A stretch of 64,000 nucleotides of DNA from a virus, in UHGV virus genome UHGV-1351068; one strand, given 5' to 3'. A program made the position numbers and the translations under genes. Below the pieces are notes generated by a model that worked only from the letters and a program-made list of their open reading frames with translations, was not told the DNA's origin and searched no databases. Below, piece by piece: positions 45,999 to 55,560 of the stretch (the stretch's first letter is position 1; every line of letters starts with the position of its first letter).

Positions 45999-46205
45999 TT
46001 ATTTAACTTGCTGGATAATAATTGTATTCTGCTGTGCGTTAGAAGCAGACCAAATCAGCGCAATTAACCAACCGATAATGGACCAACCGAATACTAGATT
46101 TGTGATAAAGATTCCACCCCGTGATTTATGCTTACGACTGCAAGCTACAAAGGTCGGCAAAAAATAGATGAAGAAAAGAATGATTAAACCAAATACTGCT
46201 TCCAT
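45999..46205 (-). CDS. imm: Imm-like superinfection immunity membrane protein
   Basis: 68 aa, two TM segments (FGLIILFFIYFLPTFVA / LVFGWSIIGWLIALIWS). Located between 42 and 43 as T4 imm. Confidence 0.55.
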   Translation of the reverse strand: MEAVFGLIILFFIYFLPTFVACSRKHKSRGGIFITNLVFGWSIIGWLIALIWSASNAQQNTIIIQQVK

Positions 46206-46215
46206 GTTAATCTCC

Positions 46216-46659
46216 TCAGTTAGACATGCATTTGTTGTAGATGTGATTTTGGAGAGATTTTAACTGCTCCATACGTTGTTTATGCTCATTATAACTCAAT
46301 CCGCCGTTAGCAAAATCAGTTAAACGAATCTGGTCATTCACTGCTGCCGCTTGAGCAGTGCACGTACGTTCTTTTTGAGTTTTACGCAGACGCTTAATTT
46401 CTTCCAGTTCATGCTTATTCTGCTCAATCATGTCAAGTTCCATCGCAGACAGCTGACGATTAGGATTAGCTTTTTCTTTCGCCAACCGACGCTCAACCGC
46501 GAGCGATTCAGCAGAGACCTGGTTGCTAGCACGATAGTATCCTACAGTACCGCCAATTGCTCGCACCTGTCCAACAGAAGAAGCCGGGACGATATCACCT
46601 TGTGGCATTTGACAACCAGTCAGCGTGAGAGCAACAATAACAGCAAGTAACGATTTCAT
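46216..46659 (-). CDS. putative lipoprotein (147 aa) with coiled-coil region
   Basis: Signal peptide + lipobox LTGC (MKSLLAVIVALTLTGCQ). SD AGGAG. Own early promoter. Confidence 0.5.
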   Translation of the reverse strand: MKSLLAVIVALTLTGCQMPQGDIVPASSVGQVRAIGGTVGYYRASNQVSAESLAVERRLAKEKANPNRQLSAMELDMIEQNKHELEEIKRLRKTQKERTCTAQAAAVNDQIRLTDFANGGLSYNEHKQRMEQLKSLQNHIYNKCMSN

Positions 46660-46688
46660 TGTAATCTCCTCAGTATGTTATTTCGAGA

Positions 46689-46721
46689 GCTATAGTACCA
46701 CATCCTTGTGGTAAAGTAAAC
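46689..46721 (-). promoter_or_regulatory. Early promoter immediately downstream of gene 43
   Basis: Repeated family member (gctatagtacca ... gtaaac). Confidence 0.45.
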
Positions 46722-46728
46722 AACTTTT

Positions 46729-49437
46729 TTAAAAATCGAACATGTCAAGAAGAGACGATTTCTCTTCATAGTCTAACCCTGCCGCTTCAGACATACCCGT
46801 CAGAGGTTTAACGAACGATTTTTGGAACAGAACACTGTGGTCAAGCCACACTAGAACTTCCTGTCGGATTTCTTGTGGCAGCTCAGTGCCCGATGGCCAT
46901 GCCATGCATTTCTCACCGTACGGGTTACCTTCACGCAGCGGGATGACCATCACTTTCTCACCTTCCATGATTGGTGTTATACCTTCAAATCCTGCGGTTG
47001 CTCGGTTATATGCCAAAGCACCTTTAACGTGATATGGTGTACCTTTATCTGGATATCCTGCACCGTCATCATACTTACCGATGTTGTTTGCAGTCTTAAC
47101 TTCGGCGATTACTTTATAATCAAGTTCACGATATTCAGACTCAAACTGCTTATAATATTGCTGTAAAGATTCTTCACCTTCCTGCAGCATACGCCGAATA
47201 GATTCTTCCAATGCATTCTGAACAGCAGTTGGCGTAGAACTTTGCTGAGTTTCCATACCCATGATTTTCAGATGAGGTTCTGCATATCGAGTACCTTCCA
47301 TATCATACACGTTCAGAGCATATCGTTTCTTCGCTTTCCAGAATCCGCCAATGCCGTTTGACCCCAACGGAGGACAAGAAATAGCTTCACGGTCCATGAA
47401 CATTAAATGTTCTTTGTTGTTCATGTATTCACACATCTCACGATATGATTGGTCAATCCATGGTTCCATTTTCTTCTTGCCGAATTGGTTCAGGAATTCG
47501 ACCAAATCGTTAGTTTCTTTGAAACGCTCAAGACCTACCTTCTCGATAACCTTATCAACACAAACGTAAATTGAGTCAGTATCACCAGCTACTACAAACG
47601 AATGTCCTTCGGTGCCACATACCTTGTTGAGGTATTCATTAACTTTACGTTCAATCCATTGAATTGCCATTTGACCAAACAATGTGATTGCTGATGCGTT
47701 GCGCAAATCATAATAACGGAAGTAAATGTTACCCAATGCACCATAAAGTGAGTTGATCAGAATCTTACGGTTTAACTGGTTAGTGTTACCCAAGATTTCA
47801 GCGTGTTTACATTCAAACATCAGTTTGTCAAGACACTCTTCGGTATATGTCAGCAGTTCTGCTTTCATATCATCAGAGAAATCTTCATAGACATTAACTT
47901 CTGCGAATTTATCGATAGTTCCAAACTTCTTATCATTCAGAACCTTTTTAATCAGTTCTTGATTTCGTTTGGCACCCATCATTTTATTTTTCCACTCTTT
48001 ACGCTGATAAAATACCTTCGCGATTTCAACTGGAATGACACCATCTACATCTTTACGATACATCCAACCATTTGGTGAACATGAATATTCATCAGACGGA
48101 CGAGGAGCAGTCTTGTTAATGTACTCACCCAACGGATGAAGTTTAAACTGTCCAACGATGGTTTCTGGTGAAATATTAACTTGTCGAATGATTGACGGAT
48201 ACAGAGATGTCAAGTCAAACGACATGATATAACGGTATGCAGCAGGAACTGGTTCCTTAACATACGCACCAGGATATGACTGTTTAACATGAGAACGACT
48301 TTGCGGAATAACTTTGTCCTGTTCTTTCAGACTGTTAAAGATGATTGCGTCCCATGTTTTAATTGGACTCATTACACCTTGATACGGCATCTTCGCATAA
48401 TAAGACATCGAGATAGCCAGGTCAATAAATCCGCGAACAGCATCAATCGCTTGTACTGATTCAACGTCGATGATGTTATACGAAATATACCGTTGGTGAT
48501 TAGTTTCACGCAACTTATTGATCGGACCGTCATATGCTAATTTACCTTTCTTGGTTTCATAATAAGCAATGAAATCCAACTTATACGTCGGTTGGTTCGT
48601 GAAACTAAATTTCTTATACAAATCCATGTAATCAAGAATAGTCACACCCATGATAGAATAAATTTCTTTATCACCATACATGTTTGTGATAATCTTAGAT
48701 GAAACTTTGTTCAGAGGAGAGAACCGTTTCATCGTACGCTCACCAAGAATCTGTTTCACACGATTCATGATGTACGGAATATCAAATCCTTCAATGTTCC
48801 AGCCAGTAAAAATTGCTGGGCATTTCTGTTCCCAAAGATTGATGTACTCAAGCATCATTTCTTTTTCTGAATTGAACGGCATATATACTACGCGGTCAAG
48901 AATATGTTGTGGAACTTCATCACCGCCTTCGGAATCTAAACGAGCAGCGAGTTTCTTGTCCCACTCGGAAACAGAACCATAAAGAGAATGCAGTAAATCA
49001 AATACGTAGAACTTGTCATCAACCGAATCGTAATGAGTGATAGCATCAATTTCATATTCTGCTTTCATCGGGTCTGGGAATTGAGATGCAGTAACCTCAA
49101 TGTCACAGTTTGCGATTCGGATGAATTTTTTATTATAAACGATTTCTGAACCGTAAGTATCACTGATATACGCGAGTTTGAAATCATCCATACCCATTGC
49201 TTCCATTCCCATATCTTCCATACGACGCATCCAATCGCGGGCATCTTTCATAGTTGGGAATGTATTTTTCTTGCAATACTTGCCGTAGATATCTTTGTAC
49301 TTTGTTTCTTCCATGCAATGACTAAACATCACAGGAGAATACGGAACACGACGCATGCGTTCCTCACCAGTAGAATCGATATAACGTTCTACGATGTCAT
49401 TGCCTAGAGATTCAACGCTAATATAAAATTCTTTCAT
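46729..49437 (-). CDS. 43: gp43 DNA polymerase (family B) with 3'-5' exonuclease
   Basis: 902 aa (T4 898). MKEFYIS.E..GN.IVERYID..G.ER.R.V.Y.P.MF.HC.EE.KYKDIYGK.C....FP.MKDARDWM.RMED.G.EA.GMDDFKLAYISDTYGSEIVY. Pol motif VVAGDTDSIYV. Near-identical throughout to T4 gp43. Confidence 0.96.
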   Translation of the reverse strand: MKEFYISVESLGNDIVERYIDSTGEERMRRVPYSPVMFSHCMEETKYKDIYGKYCKKNTFPTMKDARDWMRRMEDMGMEAMGMDDFKLAYISDTYGSEIVYNKKFIRIANCDIEVTASQFPDPMKAEYEIDAITHYDSVDDKFYVFDLLHSLYGSVSEWDKKLAARLDSEGGDEVPQHILDRVVYMPFNSEKEMMLEYINLWEQKCPAIFTGWNIEGFDIPYIMNRVKQILGERTMKRFSPLNKVSSKIITNMYGDKEIYSIMGVTILDYMDLYKKFSFTNQPTYKLDFIAYYETKKGKLAYDGPINKLRETNHQRYISYNIIDVESVQAIDAVRGFIDLAISMSYYAKMPYQGVMSPIKTWDAIIFNSLKEQDKVIPQSRSHVKQSYPGAYVKEPVPAAYRYIMSFDLTSLYPSIIRQVNISPETIVGQFKLHPLGEYINKTAPRPSDEYSCSPNGWMYRKDVDGVIPVEIAKVFYQRKEWKNKMMGAKRNQELIKKVLNDKKFGTIDKFAEVNVYEDFSDDMKAELLTYTEECLDKLMFECKHAEILGNTNQLNRKILINSLYGALGNIYFRYYDLRNASAITLFGQMAIQWIERKVNEYLNKVCGTEGHSFVVAGDTDSIYVCVDKVIEKVGLERFKETNDLVEFLNQFGKKKMEPWIDQSYREMCEYMNNKEHLMFMDREAISCPPLGSNGIGGFWKAKKRYALNVYDMEGTRYAEPHLKIMGMETQQSSTPTAVQNALEESIRRMLQEGEESLQQYYKQFESEYRELDYKVIAEVKTANNIGKYDDGAGYPDKGTPYHVKGALAYNRATAGFEGITPIMEGEKVMVIPLREGNPYGEKCMAWPSGTELPQEIRQEVLVWLDHSVLFQKSFVKPLTGMSEAAGLDYEEKSSLLDMFDF

Positions 49438-49511
49438 GGGTTTCCTTTGTTTATAGACCGAGTTATTAGTCTTTAGGTGGGATAATTATACTCCAATTTT
49501 TTATAAAGTAA

Positions 49512-49527
49512 AAGGGCCGAAGCCCTT
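49512..49527 (-). terminator. Rho-independent terminator after regA (aagggc-cgaa-gccctt + TTTTACTTT on minus strand)
   Basis: 6-bp stem with T run, right after the regA stop. Confidence 0.5.
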
Positions 49528-49530
49528 TTC

Positions 49531-49893
49531 TTACGCGCCGATTGTGTACTTAGATTTTAAGGTCCATTCATGTTTCTGCTTGAACGTAATGACCCGGAAG
49601 TTATTCTGCATCTGAGCAAGAGTTTGACCACGATTAATACTCAGTAGACCCCAGTCAGCAAGTAGTTGTGCGATTGAGTCTCGACGAATTTCATCTTCCA
49701 AATCAATAGTAACAGGGCGGCCATCAAGCTTCAACATTTCTTTAAAATGAACAATATAGTAACGACCTTGTTTCTGAAGAATGTGGCAGCTTTGATATAG
49801 TACCTTATCTTTGTTATTAGCAATTCCCATACGGGTCAGAGTTTCTTTAACTTTCAGGAAGTCTTCAGGCTGTTTCAGTGTAATTTCAATCAT
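49531..49893 (-). CDS. regA: RegA translational repressor
   Basis: Trimmed to MIEITLK.PEDFLKVKETLTRMGIANNKDKVLYQSCHILQKQG.YYIVHFKEML..DGR, near-identical to T4 RegA (122 aa). Confidence 0.9.
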   Translation of the reverse strand: MIEITLKQPEDFLKVKETLTRMGIANNKDKVLYQSCHILQKQGRYYIVHFKEMLKLDGRPVTIDLEDEIRRDSIAQLLADWGLLSINRGQTLAQMQNNFRVITFKQKHEWTLKSKYTIGA

Positions 49894-49895
49894 CT

Positions 49896-50465
49896 TTACC
49901 ATTCCAATGCTGTTTTCTTAAGATTTTTCTGTTCTTTCACGTTTTTCGTGATTGTCTTGACCAATTCATCAGTCACAAGACCTTTCATTTTCTTGAGAGC
50001 AGGTTTAAGCTTGTTTTTAGCTTCCAGGGTCTCTCTATACATCCTAGCGTCAATCGCATTGACCTTGTAATATGTCATTATAACTTGAAGAATCAATGCA
50101 TCCTGGATGTTTTCTGTTAACTTAGCCCATTTACCATACCGACGACCTCTAGGAACAGAGGCCATCATATAGTTATAGTGTGCTTGGTCAGATAACCCTT
50201 GACCAACAAGGTTCATAACATAAACCGAAGGCATACAGTCAGGGTGTTGAGAAAGAGCGTTTTCAACCATGAATTTTGAATAATCCATCGTCGAGATATT
50301 CAAATGCTCTTGCTTTTCGTTAATAGACCCAATAATTGTGAAGAATTGATTTTCTGCTTTTTCTTTATATGAATCAGATAATTCCTGGACTTTCGTCCAG
50401 TCTTTACCTAACCACGCTATTTGGTGCTCGTTATACTGATCATCATCTTCAAATAAACTCATCAT
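49896..50465 (-). CDS. 62: gp62 clamp-loader small subunit
   Basis: Trimmed from GTG to the ATG that overlaps the gene 44 stop (ATGA). MMSLFEDDDQYNEHQIAW.GKDWT.VQ...DS.KEKAEN.FF.IIG.IN.K matches T4 gp62 (MSLFKDDIQLNEHQVAW...). Confidence 0.88.
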   Translation of the reverse strand: MMSLFEDDDQYNEHQIAWLGKDWTKVQELSDSYKEKAENQFFTIIGSINEKQEHLNISTMDYSKFMVENALSQHPDCMPSVYVMNLVGQGLSDQAHYNYMMASVPRGRRYGKWAKLTENIQDALILQVIMTYYKVNAIDARMYRETLEAKNKLKPALKKMKGLVTDELVKTITKNVKEQKNLKKTALEW

Positions 50466-51424
50466 TTCCACTGCATCTCTACAACAAGTTGAATAAGCAT
50501 ATAAACCAAGTGTAATTCAATCGAAGCTGCTATGCCATGATACTGGTTATTTTCACCGATGATTTCATACATTCGGATAATGCTTGGGCCAGTAACCATT
50601 GTATACAGTTCCGAAGAAAGTTTATCTACGAACCAAGTATAGTCTGCTGCATATTTCGGGGCAAGAGCACGGAGTTCTTTGATGTTCTTAGTTTTAATAG
50701 CTTCGATGACATCTTCAATTGAACCACGGTCATTCAGAACGATAGACAAGATACCTGCATCAATCACACCCTTAGAAGAATAATGATCAAGCATGTTAAT
50801 GGTCTTACGGAATTCTGGAAAATTCTTTTTGACCAAAGCAGCTACAACTTTCTTATCTTCAACTACCACGCCTTCGTTTTCACAAATTGCGAGACAACGC
50901 TTGAGCATCTCGATTTGCATTGGCTTAACATCAGATGGAGATGGTTTACCAAAATTAATTACACGGCAACGAGACTGAAGAGGTTTAATGATACCATCAA
51001 GATTGTTTGCAGTAATGATAATAGTACAGTTTGTGCTATACGCTTCCATGAATGAACGCAGATGTCGTTGAGATTCTGCAAGACCTGCACGGTCAAATTC
51101 ATCAATAACGATAATTTTCTGCTTGCCTGCAATAGAGGCAGAACTCGCAAATGCAGTTAACGGTCCACGAACGAAATCAATCTTACAGTCAGAACCATTC
51201 ACGAACATCATTTCAGCATTAATGTCATTACACAATGCTTTAGCTACTGTAGTCTTACCAGTACCAGGAGAAGTGCTATGGAGGATTAAATGAGGGATTT
51301 TACCTTTTGCTACTAGAGCTGTAAAGATTTCTTTATCTTCAGCAGGAAGTACACACTCAGAAATAGTACCTGGACGATACCGCTGTTCCCACATGAAGTC
51401 TGCTTCATTTACTGTCAATTTCAT
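50462..51424 (-). CDS. 44: gp44 clamp-loader large subunit (AAA+)
   Basis: 320 aa (T4 319). Walker A SPGTGKTTVAKALC. Arginine-finger region LQSRCRVI. C-terminal ...VEMQWK is identical to T4. Confidence 0.94.
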   Translation of the reverse strand: MKLTVNEADFMWEQRYRPGTISECVLPAEDKEIFTALVAKGKIPHLILHSTSPGTGKTTVAKALCNDINAEMMFVNGSDCKIDFVRGPLTAFASSASIAGKQKIIVIDEFDRAGLAESQRHLRSFMEAYSTNCTIIITANNLDGIIKPLQSRCRVINFGKPSPSDVKPMQIEMLKRCLAICENEGVVVEDKKVVAALVKKNFPEFRKTINMLDHYSSKGVIDAGILSIVLNDRGSIEDVIEAIKTKNIKELRALAPKYAADYTWFVDKLSSELYTMVTGPSIIRMYEIIGENNQYHGIAASIELHLVYMLIQLVVEMQWK

Positions 51425-51451
51425 TTATATTTCCTCATTCAGAATTTGGGT

Positions 51452-51465
51452 GGGGCCGAAGCCCC
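51452..51465. other. GC tetraloop hairpin (ggggc-cgaa-gcccc) in the 45-44 intergenic region
   Basis: Perfect 5-bp G/C stem with no T run. RNA structure or processing/stability element rather than an efficient terminator. Confidence 0.4.
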
Positions 51466-51472
51466 GAAATTA

Positions 51473-52174
51473 TTACTCAAAATCAAAGGTACTGTCTGCT
51501 TCCATTGCTACTACATAAGAGGCTGATGCACCTTCAAATTTCGCTGCAGTCTGTTTCTTGGAGCCATTCATTTTTGCCCACAGCATCAGTTTATAATCGC
51601 CGATAGTCATCTTCATATTGCTCATGTTGATGATAAAGTTGAAGTTACCCTCACCTTCATAATCACCGAGTGTCAGAGAATACTTCGGACGGGTCAGTGC
51701 AGCATCTTCTACTTTGTTATAACCACGCAGAACAATTTTACCATCAACATTGGTGATAGCAATTGTGTCAATCTGCATGCCACGAGATACTCGCATCAGC
51801 TGTTGCAGGTCTTCACCTTTAAAATCGATAATTACGTTTGCCACCGGGAATGGGATTGGTTTAGTCGGGAACACGATTGTGCTCGGGTCAGCTGCTGGCC
51901 AGAAGATAGTTGAGCGAGCATCTTTAATTGCCAGATTACCATCTTCCTGCATGATAATATCTGCATCATCACCAACCAAAGACAGAATGCTCAGGAAACT
52001 GTTCAGGTCATAAATTGCTACATCAGTATCGATGGTATCAGAAATTGTTGCTTCAGCATAAGTCGTACCATTAACAGCACGAGTCATGATAAAATTGCCA
52101 GGTTTCAGCATGATACCAGAGTTGATGGTGGAGAAGTTTTTCAGAATGTTCAGAGTTTCTTTAGAGAATTTCAT
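51473..52174 (-). CDS. 45: gp45 sliding clamp
   Basis: 233 aa (T4 228). MKFSKETLNILKNF.TINSGIMLK.G.FIMTRAVNGTTYAEA.ISD.ID.DVAIYDLN.FL.ILSLV.DDA near-identical to T4 gp45. Confidence 0.94.
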   Translation of the reverse strand: MKFSKETLNILKNFSTINSGIMLKPGNFIMTRAVNGTTYAEATISDTIDTDVAIYDLNSFLSILSLVGDDADIIMQEDGNLAIKDARSTIFWPAADPSTIVFPTKPIPFPVANVIIDFKGEDLQQLMRVSRGMQIDTIAITNVDGKIVLRGYNKVEDAALTRPKYSLTLGDYEGEGNFNFIINMSNMKMTIGDYKLMLWAKMNGSKKQTAAKFEGASASYVVAMEADSTFDFE

Positions 52175-52209
52175 TTCAATACCTTTTAATTAAGTTCAGG
52201 ATAATTATA

Positions 52210-52587
52210 TCAAGCTGCGAATGTAGCAGTTAATTCTTCTGCAACAATCTGACCTGCCGCAACGAGTTGCTCATCAGCATCTACACAGTAATCATTTTCT
52301 AGACGTTCGCCACCGTGACGATCAGTAACAATTTTAGCACCAGCCTTGATTGATTCATTGTAATGCTTACGCATCAGTTCAATCCATTTTTCTGCGACTT
52401 CATCATCGATAGATTTATAGAAAGCAAAGCGAGCTTCAGAATCTTTAATCTTATCTTTGATAGCCTGTTTAGTTTCTTCAGTTAGAGCCAGAACCCAAGA
52501 TTTACGAATACGATTTTGGTTATTCGGGTTGGAATCTGCACGTACGTTTTTAACCTGGATATCTTTCACATCAACAAAATTAATCAT
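52210..52587 (-). CDS. rpbA: RpbA RNA polymerase-binding protein (by position)
   Basis: Trimmed to MINFVDVKD... (125 aa; T4 RpbA 129 aa). The track's longer form would overlap the upstream ORF. Position between 45 and 46. Confidence 0.55.
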   Translation of the reverse strand: MINFVDVKDIQVKNVRADSNPNNQNRIRKSWVLALTEETKQAIKDKIKDSEARFAFYKSIDDEVAEKWIELMRKHYNESIKAGAKIVTDRHGGERLENDYCVDADEQLVAAGQIVAEELTATFAA

Positions 52588-52597
52588 TATATTTACC

Positions 52598-52792
52598 TTA
52601 ATCGTAGTAATCTTCAACCATCCAACCGGGATTCCTGTTGGACATGACTCTATTATATTCATTTCCCGTAAAAGCATCTCGTAACATTTCTTCAGTTACA
52701 AGATGACGTTCATCAGAAAATAAATTAACTAACACATAACGCTTTAATTCAGGAAAGGCCAACAGATGTTGGCCCGTAGTAAACTCATTCAT
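52598..52792 (-). CDS. hypothetical protein (64 aa; 45.2 position)
   Basis: ATG start. ATGA coupling with the gene 46 stop. Confidence 0.4.
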   Translation of the reverse strand: MNEFTTGQHLLAFPELKRYVLVNLFSDERHLVTEEMLRDAFTGNEYNRVMSNRNPGWMVEDYYD

Positions 52793-54471
52793 TCCATCAC
52801 CGTGAATCGTCCGACCTTCTTCATTTGAAGGTGTTGGCCATATGCCTGCGGGTCGTGGTCACGGTGAGAAATAATAAACACATTGGCATCTACCATCTTA
52901 TTAAGAATAGCAGTTATTGCCTTAACACCTTCTGCGTCGGTAGCCGAATCATAAACTTCATCAAGGAACAGACAGTTTATTTTAACACCAGAAACTTTTT
53001 CAGCAATATCACGCCACGTGAATAGTAATGCTATATCAATTCTGGCTTTTTCACCCTGACTAAACGAGGCATAACTAAACTCTTCTCGTCCACGTGATTT
53101 AATCGTTTCAGAGAACTCTTCGTTCAGTGTGAACGAATAATCAGCTTCCATAATTTTTAGGTAGCTGTTAATTTGCTTATTGAACATCGGGATGTACTTC
53201 TTGATGATAGCTCCTTTAATACCGGAGTCTTTCAGCATTTCAGTTAAAATACCACGACGATATTTTTCCATAACCAAATTAGTTTTGACGAGGATAATTT
53301 TATCTAATTCTTCTTGTAGCAGTTTAATCTTGTCTGAGTTATCAATAAACTCCTGAGATGCTTTATCAATAGCTGCTTTAATACGACGTGCCTTTTCCAC
53401 AGCAGTGATAGTCATTTGCTTTAAACTACCCATTTGGGTTTTGATATCTCTAGCGCGAGCCCGGACCGTGTTATACTCGCGAGCTAGTTCATCCAGTTCA
53501 CTCTGGCGCGTCTTTAACTCACCAAGAATGGTATTACATTCTTCAACATGATGATTAATCTTAGTGATTAGAGTGTCATTAGAATGCAAATCCTGCAAGC
53601 ACGTTGGGCAATGACCACCTTTATCATACAGCCCAAGAACCTTTGAATATGATTCAATTTTAGACCGAATTTTAAATGTTTTACCTTGAACTTCTTGGAT
53701 TGACTCTGCTGGGTCGTCTCCAATTACTAACTCAAGCAGTTCTCTCTGAAGAGTTTCTAATTCTGCTTTATACCCACGGGCTTCATTGACCTGTTCATCA
53801 TACATCGCCTGCAGGCGAGCAACGTTATCACCAGAAAGTTTCTTCTGCTTTTCTGCATACTCATGGTGAGTTTTAATTTCATTAGTCAATGCTTCACGCT
53901 GAACATCATTAACCTGGATTTGCTGATTGATTTCTCTTATCTGTGTCTTGTTCAGTTTGTCCATATCAGCTAAAAGAGACACTTCAAGCAAATCTTCAAC
54001 GAGCTTTCGTCTATTAGCAGTTGATAACCCCATGAACGGAGTATATCCTGCCGTTCCTAATACGACAATCTGCTTAAACGATGTGTATGACATGCCGATG
54101 AGGCTTTCAAAGTAGGATTGAAAATCCTTTGAACTTGCGGCTTCATCAAGCTTATTGCCATCTCGTAAAATCTCAAAGACATTCGGTTTTTGTCCACGTT
54201 TAATGTAGAAACTATGACCGTCATACTCCATCCACAGTTCTACTACAAAGTCCTTCTTATTGAATGAGTTAATTAATTGACCTTTCTTAATATCACGGAA
54301 TGGTTTACCAAATAAGGCAAAAGTAATAGCTTCAAGCATAGTACTTTTGCCACCACCATTCTTACCTGTGATTAAGGTCTTTTGACATTTATCAAGTTGA
54401 ATGTCAATGGCCGCTTGGCCAACTGACATTATATTCTTATACTTGACACGATTTAGTTTAAAAGTCTTCAC
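52789..54471 (-). CDS. 46: gp46 recombination nuclease ATPase subunit (Rad50/SbcC-like), GTG start
   Basis: 560 aa, identical length to T4 gp46. (M)KTFKLNRVKYKNIMSVGQ...TGKNGGGKSTMLEAITF.LFGKPFRD.KKGQLINS.NKK near-identical. Start codon is GTG overlapping the gene 47 stop (GTGA). Confidence 0.93.
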   Translation of the reverse strand: MKTFKLNRVKYKNIMSVGQAAIDIQLDKCQKTLITGKNGGGKSTMLEAITFALFGKPFRDIKKGQLINSFNKKDFVVELWMEYDGHSFYIKRGQKPNVFEILRDGNKLDEAASSKDFQSYFESLIGMSYTSFKQIVVLGTAGYTPFMGLSTANRRKLVEDLLEVSLLADMDKLNKTQIREINQQIQVNDVQREALTNEIKTHHEYAEKQKKLSGDNVARLQAMYDEQVNEARGYKAELETLQRELLELVIGDDPAESIQEVQGKTFKIRSKIESYSKVLGLYDKGGHCPTCLQDLHSNDTLITKINHHVEECNTILGELKTRQSELDELAREYNTVRARARDIKTQMGSLKQMTITAVEKARRIKAAIDKASQEFIDNSDKIKLLQEELDKIILVKTNLVMEKYRRGILTEMLKDSGIKGAIIKKYIPMFNKQINSYLKIMEADYSFTLNEEFSETIKSRGREEFSYASFSQGEKARIDIALLFTWRDIAEKVSGVKINCLFLDEVYDSATDAEGVKAITAILNKMVDANVFIISHRDHDPQAYGQHLQMKKVGRFTVME

Positions 54472-55490
54472 TGATTTTGTGCCTCAATGTATAACTGTTT
54501 AGACATAACCTTTAAGGCTTTGATATCATCTGCGGACAGGTCTTCAAGTGCTTGGATATATTCTTCCATTAAATCCAATAAGCTTTTAACTTCTACTTCT
54601 TCGCCATCTTCAGACTCAACCGAGTTGTCAACTTTAGAAACAGTTCTTAATTCATGTACTACCTTTTCAAGTTCTGATTCAAACTTAGGAAGGTCTTCAT
54701 CGACCGCAGTGATAATAATTCGCACTGCAAGATTTCTGAACTCTTCAAAATCAACTTGCCCTGTGACAGGATAAATCAGTTTTCTGTGCCAAGTGATTTC
54801 ATTAGGGACGAAATCAAAGGTTGATAATTCAGTGTCTTGAACCCAGAAGCCACGTGGGTCGTTCTCGTCACCCGCTGTAAGCGTCCAAGGCGTTCCGATG
54901 TACTTAACGTTTGCTGCGCTTGATATGGTGTGGAAGTGCCCAGACCATACTTGTTTGTACTTTTTGAGGAAATCTGGTTCCAGCCCATGAGATTTCATTC
55001 CTTTATAAAAATAAAAGCCATTAAGTTCCCAATGACCAATGCAGTATTCAGCAGACGATTCTTTGATATGCTTCATGATTTCTGATGTGTTCTCTTCACA
55101 CATCCATGGACACAAGTCAATCAAAGTCCCATCAAAATCCATAGTCACGGGCTTTTCAATAACAGTAATATGCTTATACTTACCAAGAACTTCGGTTGAT
55201 GCATTAGGCGTCAACGTATTCTTGTAGTGCATGTCATGATTTCCGACGATCGTAATTAAGTTAATTCCTTCTTTCTCAAGAGACTCTGCAATTTCACGAG
55301 CAAATTCCATTGTCTTATGAGTGATAGCTTTACGAACGTCAAAAATATCACCGTATTGAATGATAGTTTTAATTCCATTCTTTTTGGCATAATCAATATG
55401 CTGTTTAATTCCGTGTCGCTGTACATCCTGTACCCACGGGTCATCTGCGCGGACACCTAAATGCCAATCGCCTGAGTGAATAATTTTCAT
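54468..55490 (-). CDS. 47: gp47 recombination nuclease subunit (Mre11/SbcD-like phosphoesterase)
   Basis: 340 aa (T4 339). MKI...GDWHLGV.ADD.W........GIKQ.I.Y.KKNGI.T.IQYGDIFDVRKAITHKTMEFAREI...GNHD.HYKN near-identical to T4 gp47. Confidence 0.93.
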   Translation of the reverse strand: MKIIHSGDWHLGVRADDPWVQDVQRHGIKQHIDYAKKNGIKTIIQYGDIFDVRKAITHKTMEFAREIAESLEKEGINLITIVGNHDMHYKNTLTPNASTEVLGKYKHITVIEKPVTMDFDGTLIDLCPWMCEENTSEIMKHIKESSAEYCIGHWELNGFYFYKGMKSHGLEPDFLKKYKQVWSGHFHTISSAANVKYIGTPWTLTAGDENDPRGFWVQDTELSTFDFVPNEITWHRKLIYPVTGQVDFEEFRNLAVRIIITAVDEDLPKFESELEKVVHELRTVSKVDNSVESEDGEEVEVKSLLDLMEEYIQALEDLSADDIKALKVMSKQLYIEAQNQ

Positions 55491-55541
55491 ATAACCTCTC
55501 TAGTAGAGTTTAATTTTATATTATTCCATGAATAGCAAAAA

Positions 55542-55555
55542 GGGCCCGAAGGCCC
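55542..55555 (-). terminator. Rho-independent terminator after alpha-gt (gggcc-cgaa-ggccc + TTTTTGC on minus strand)
   Basis: Perfect G/C stem with T5 on the minus strand. Confidence 0.55.
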
Positions 55556-55560
55556 ATTAC

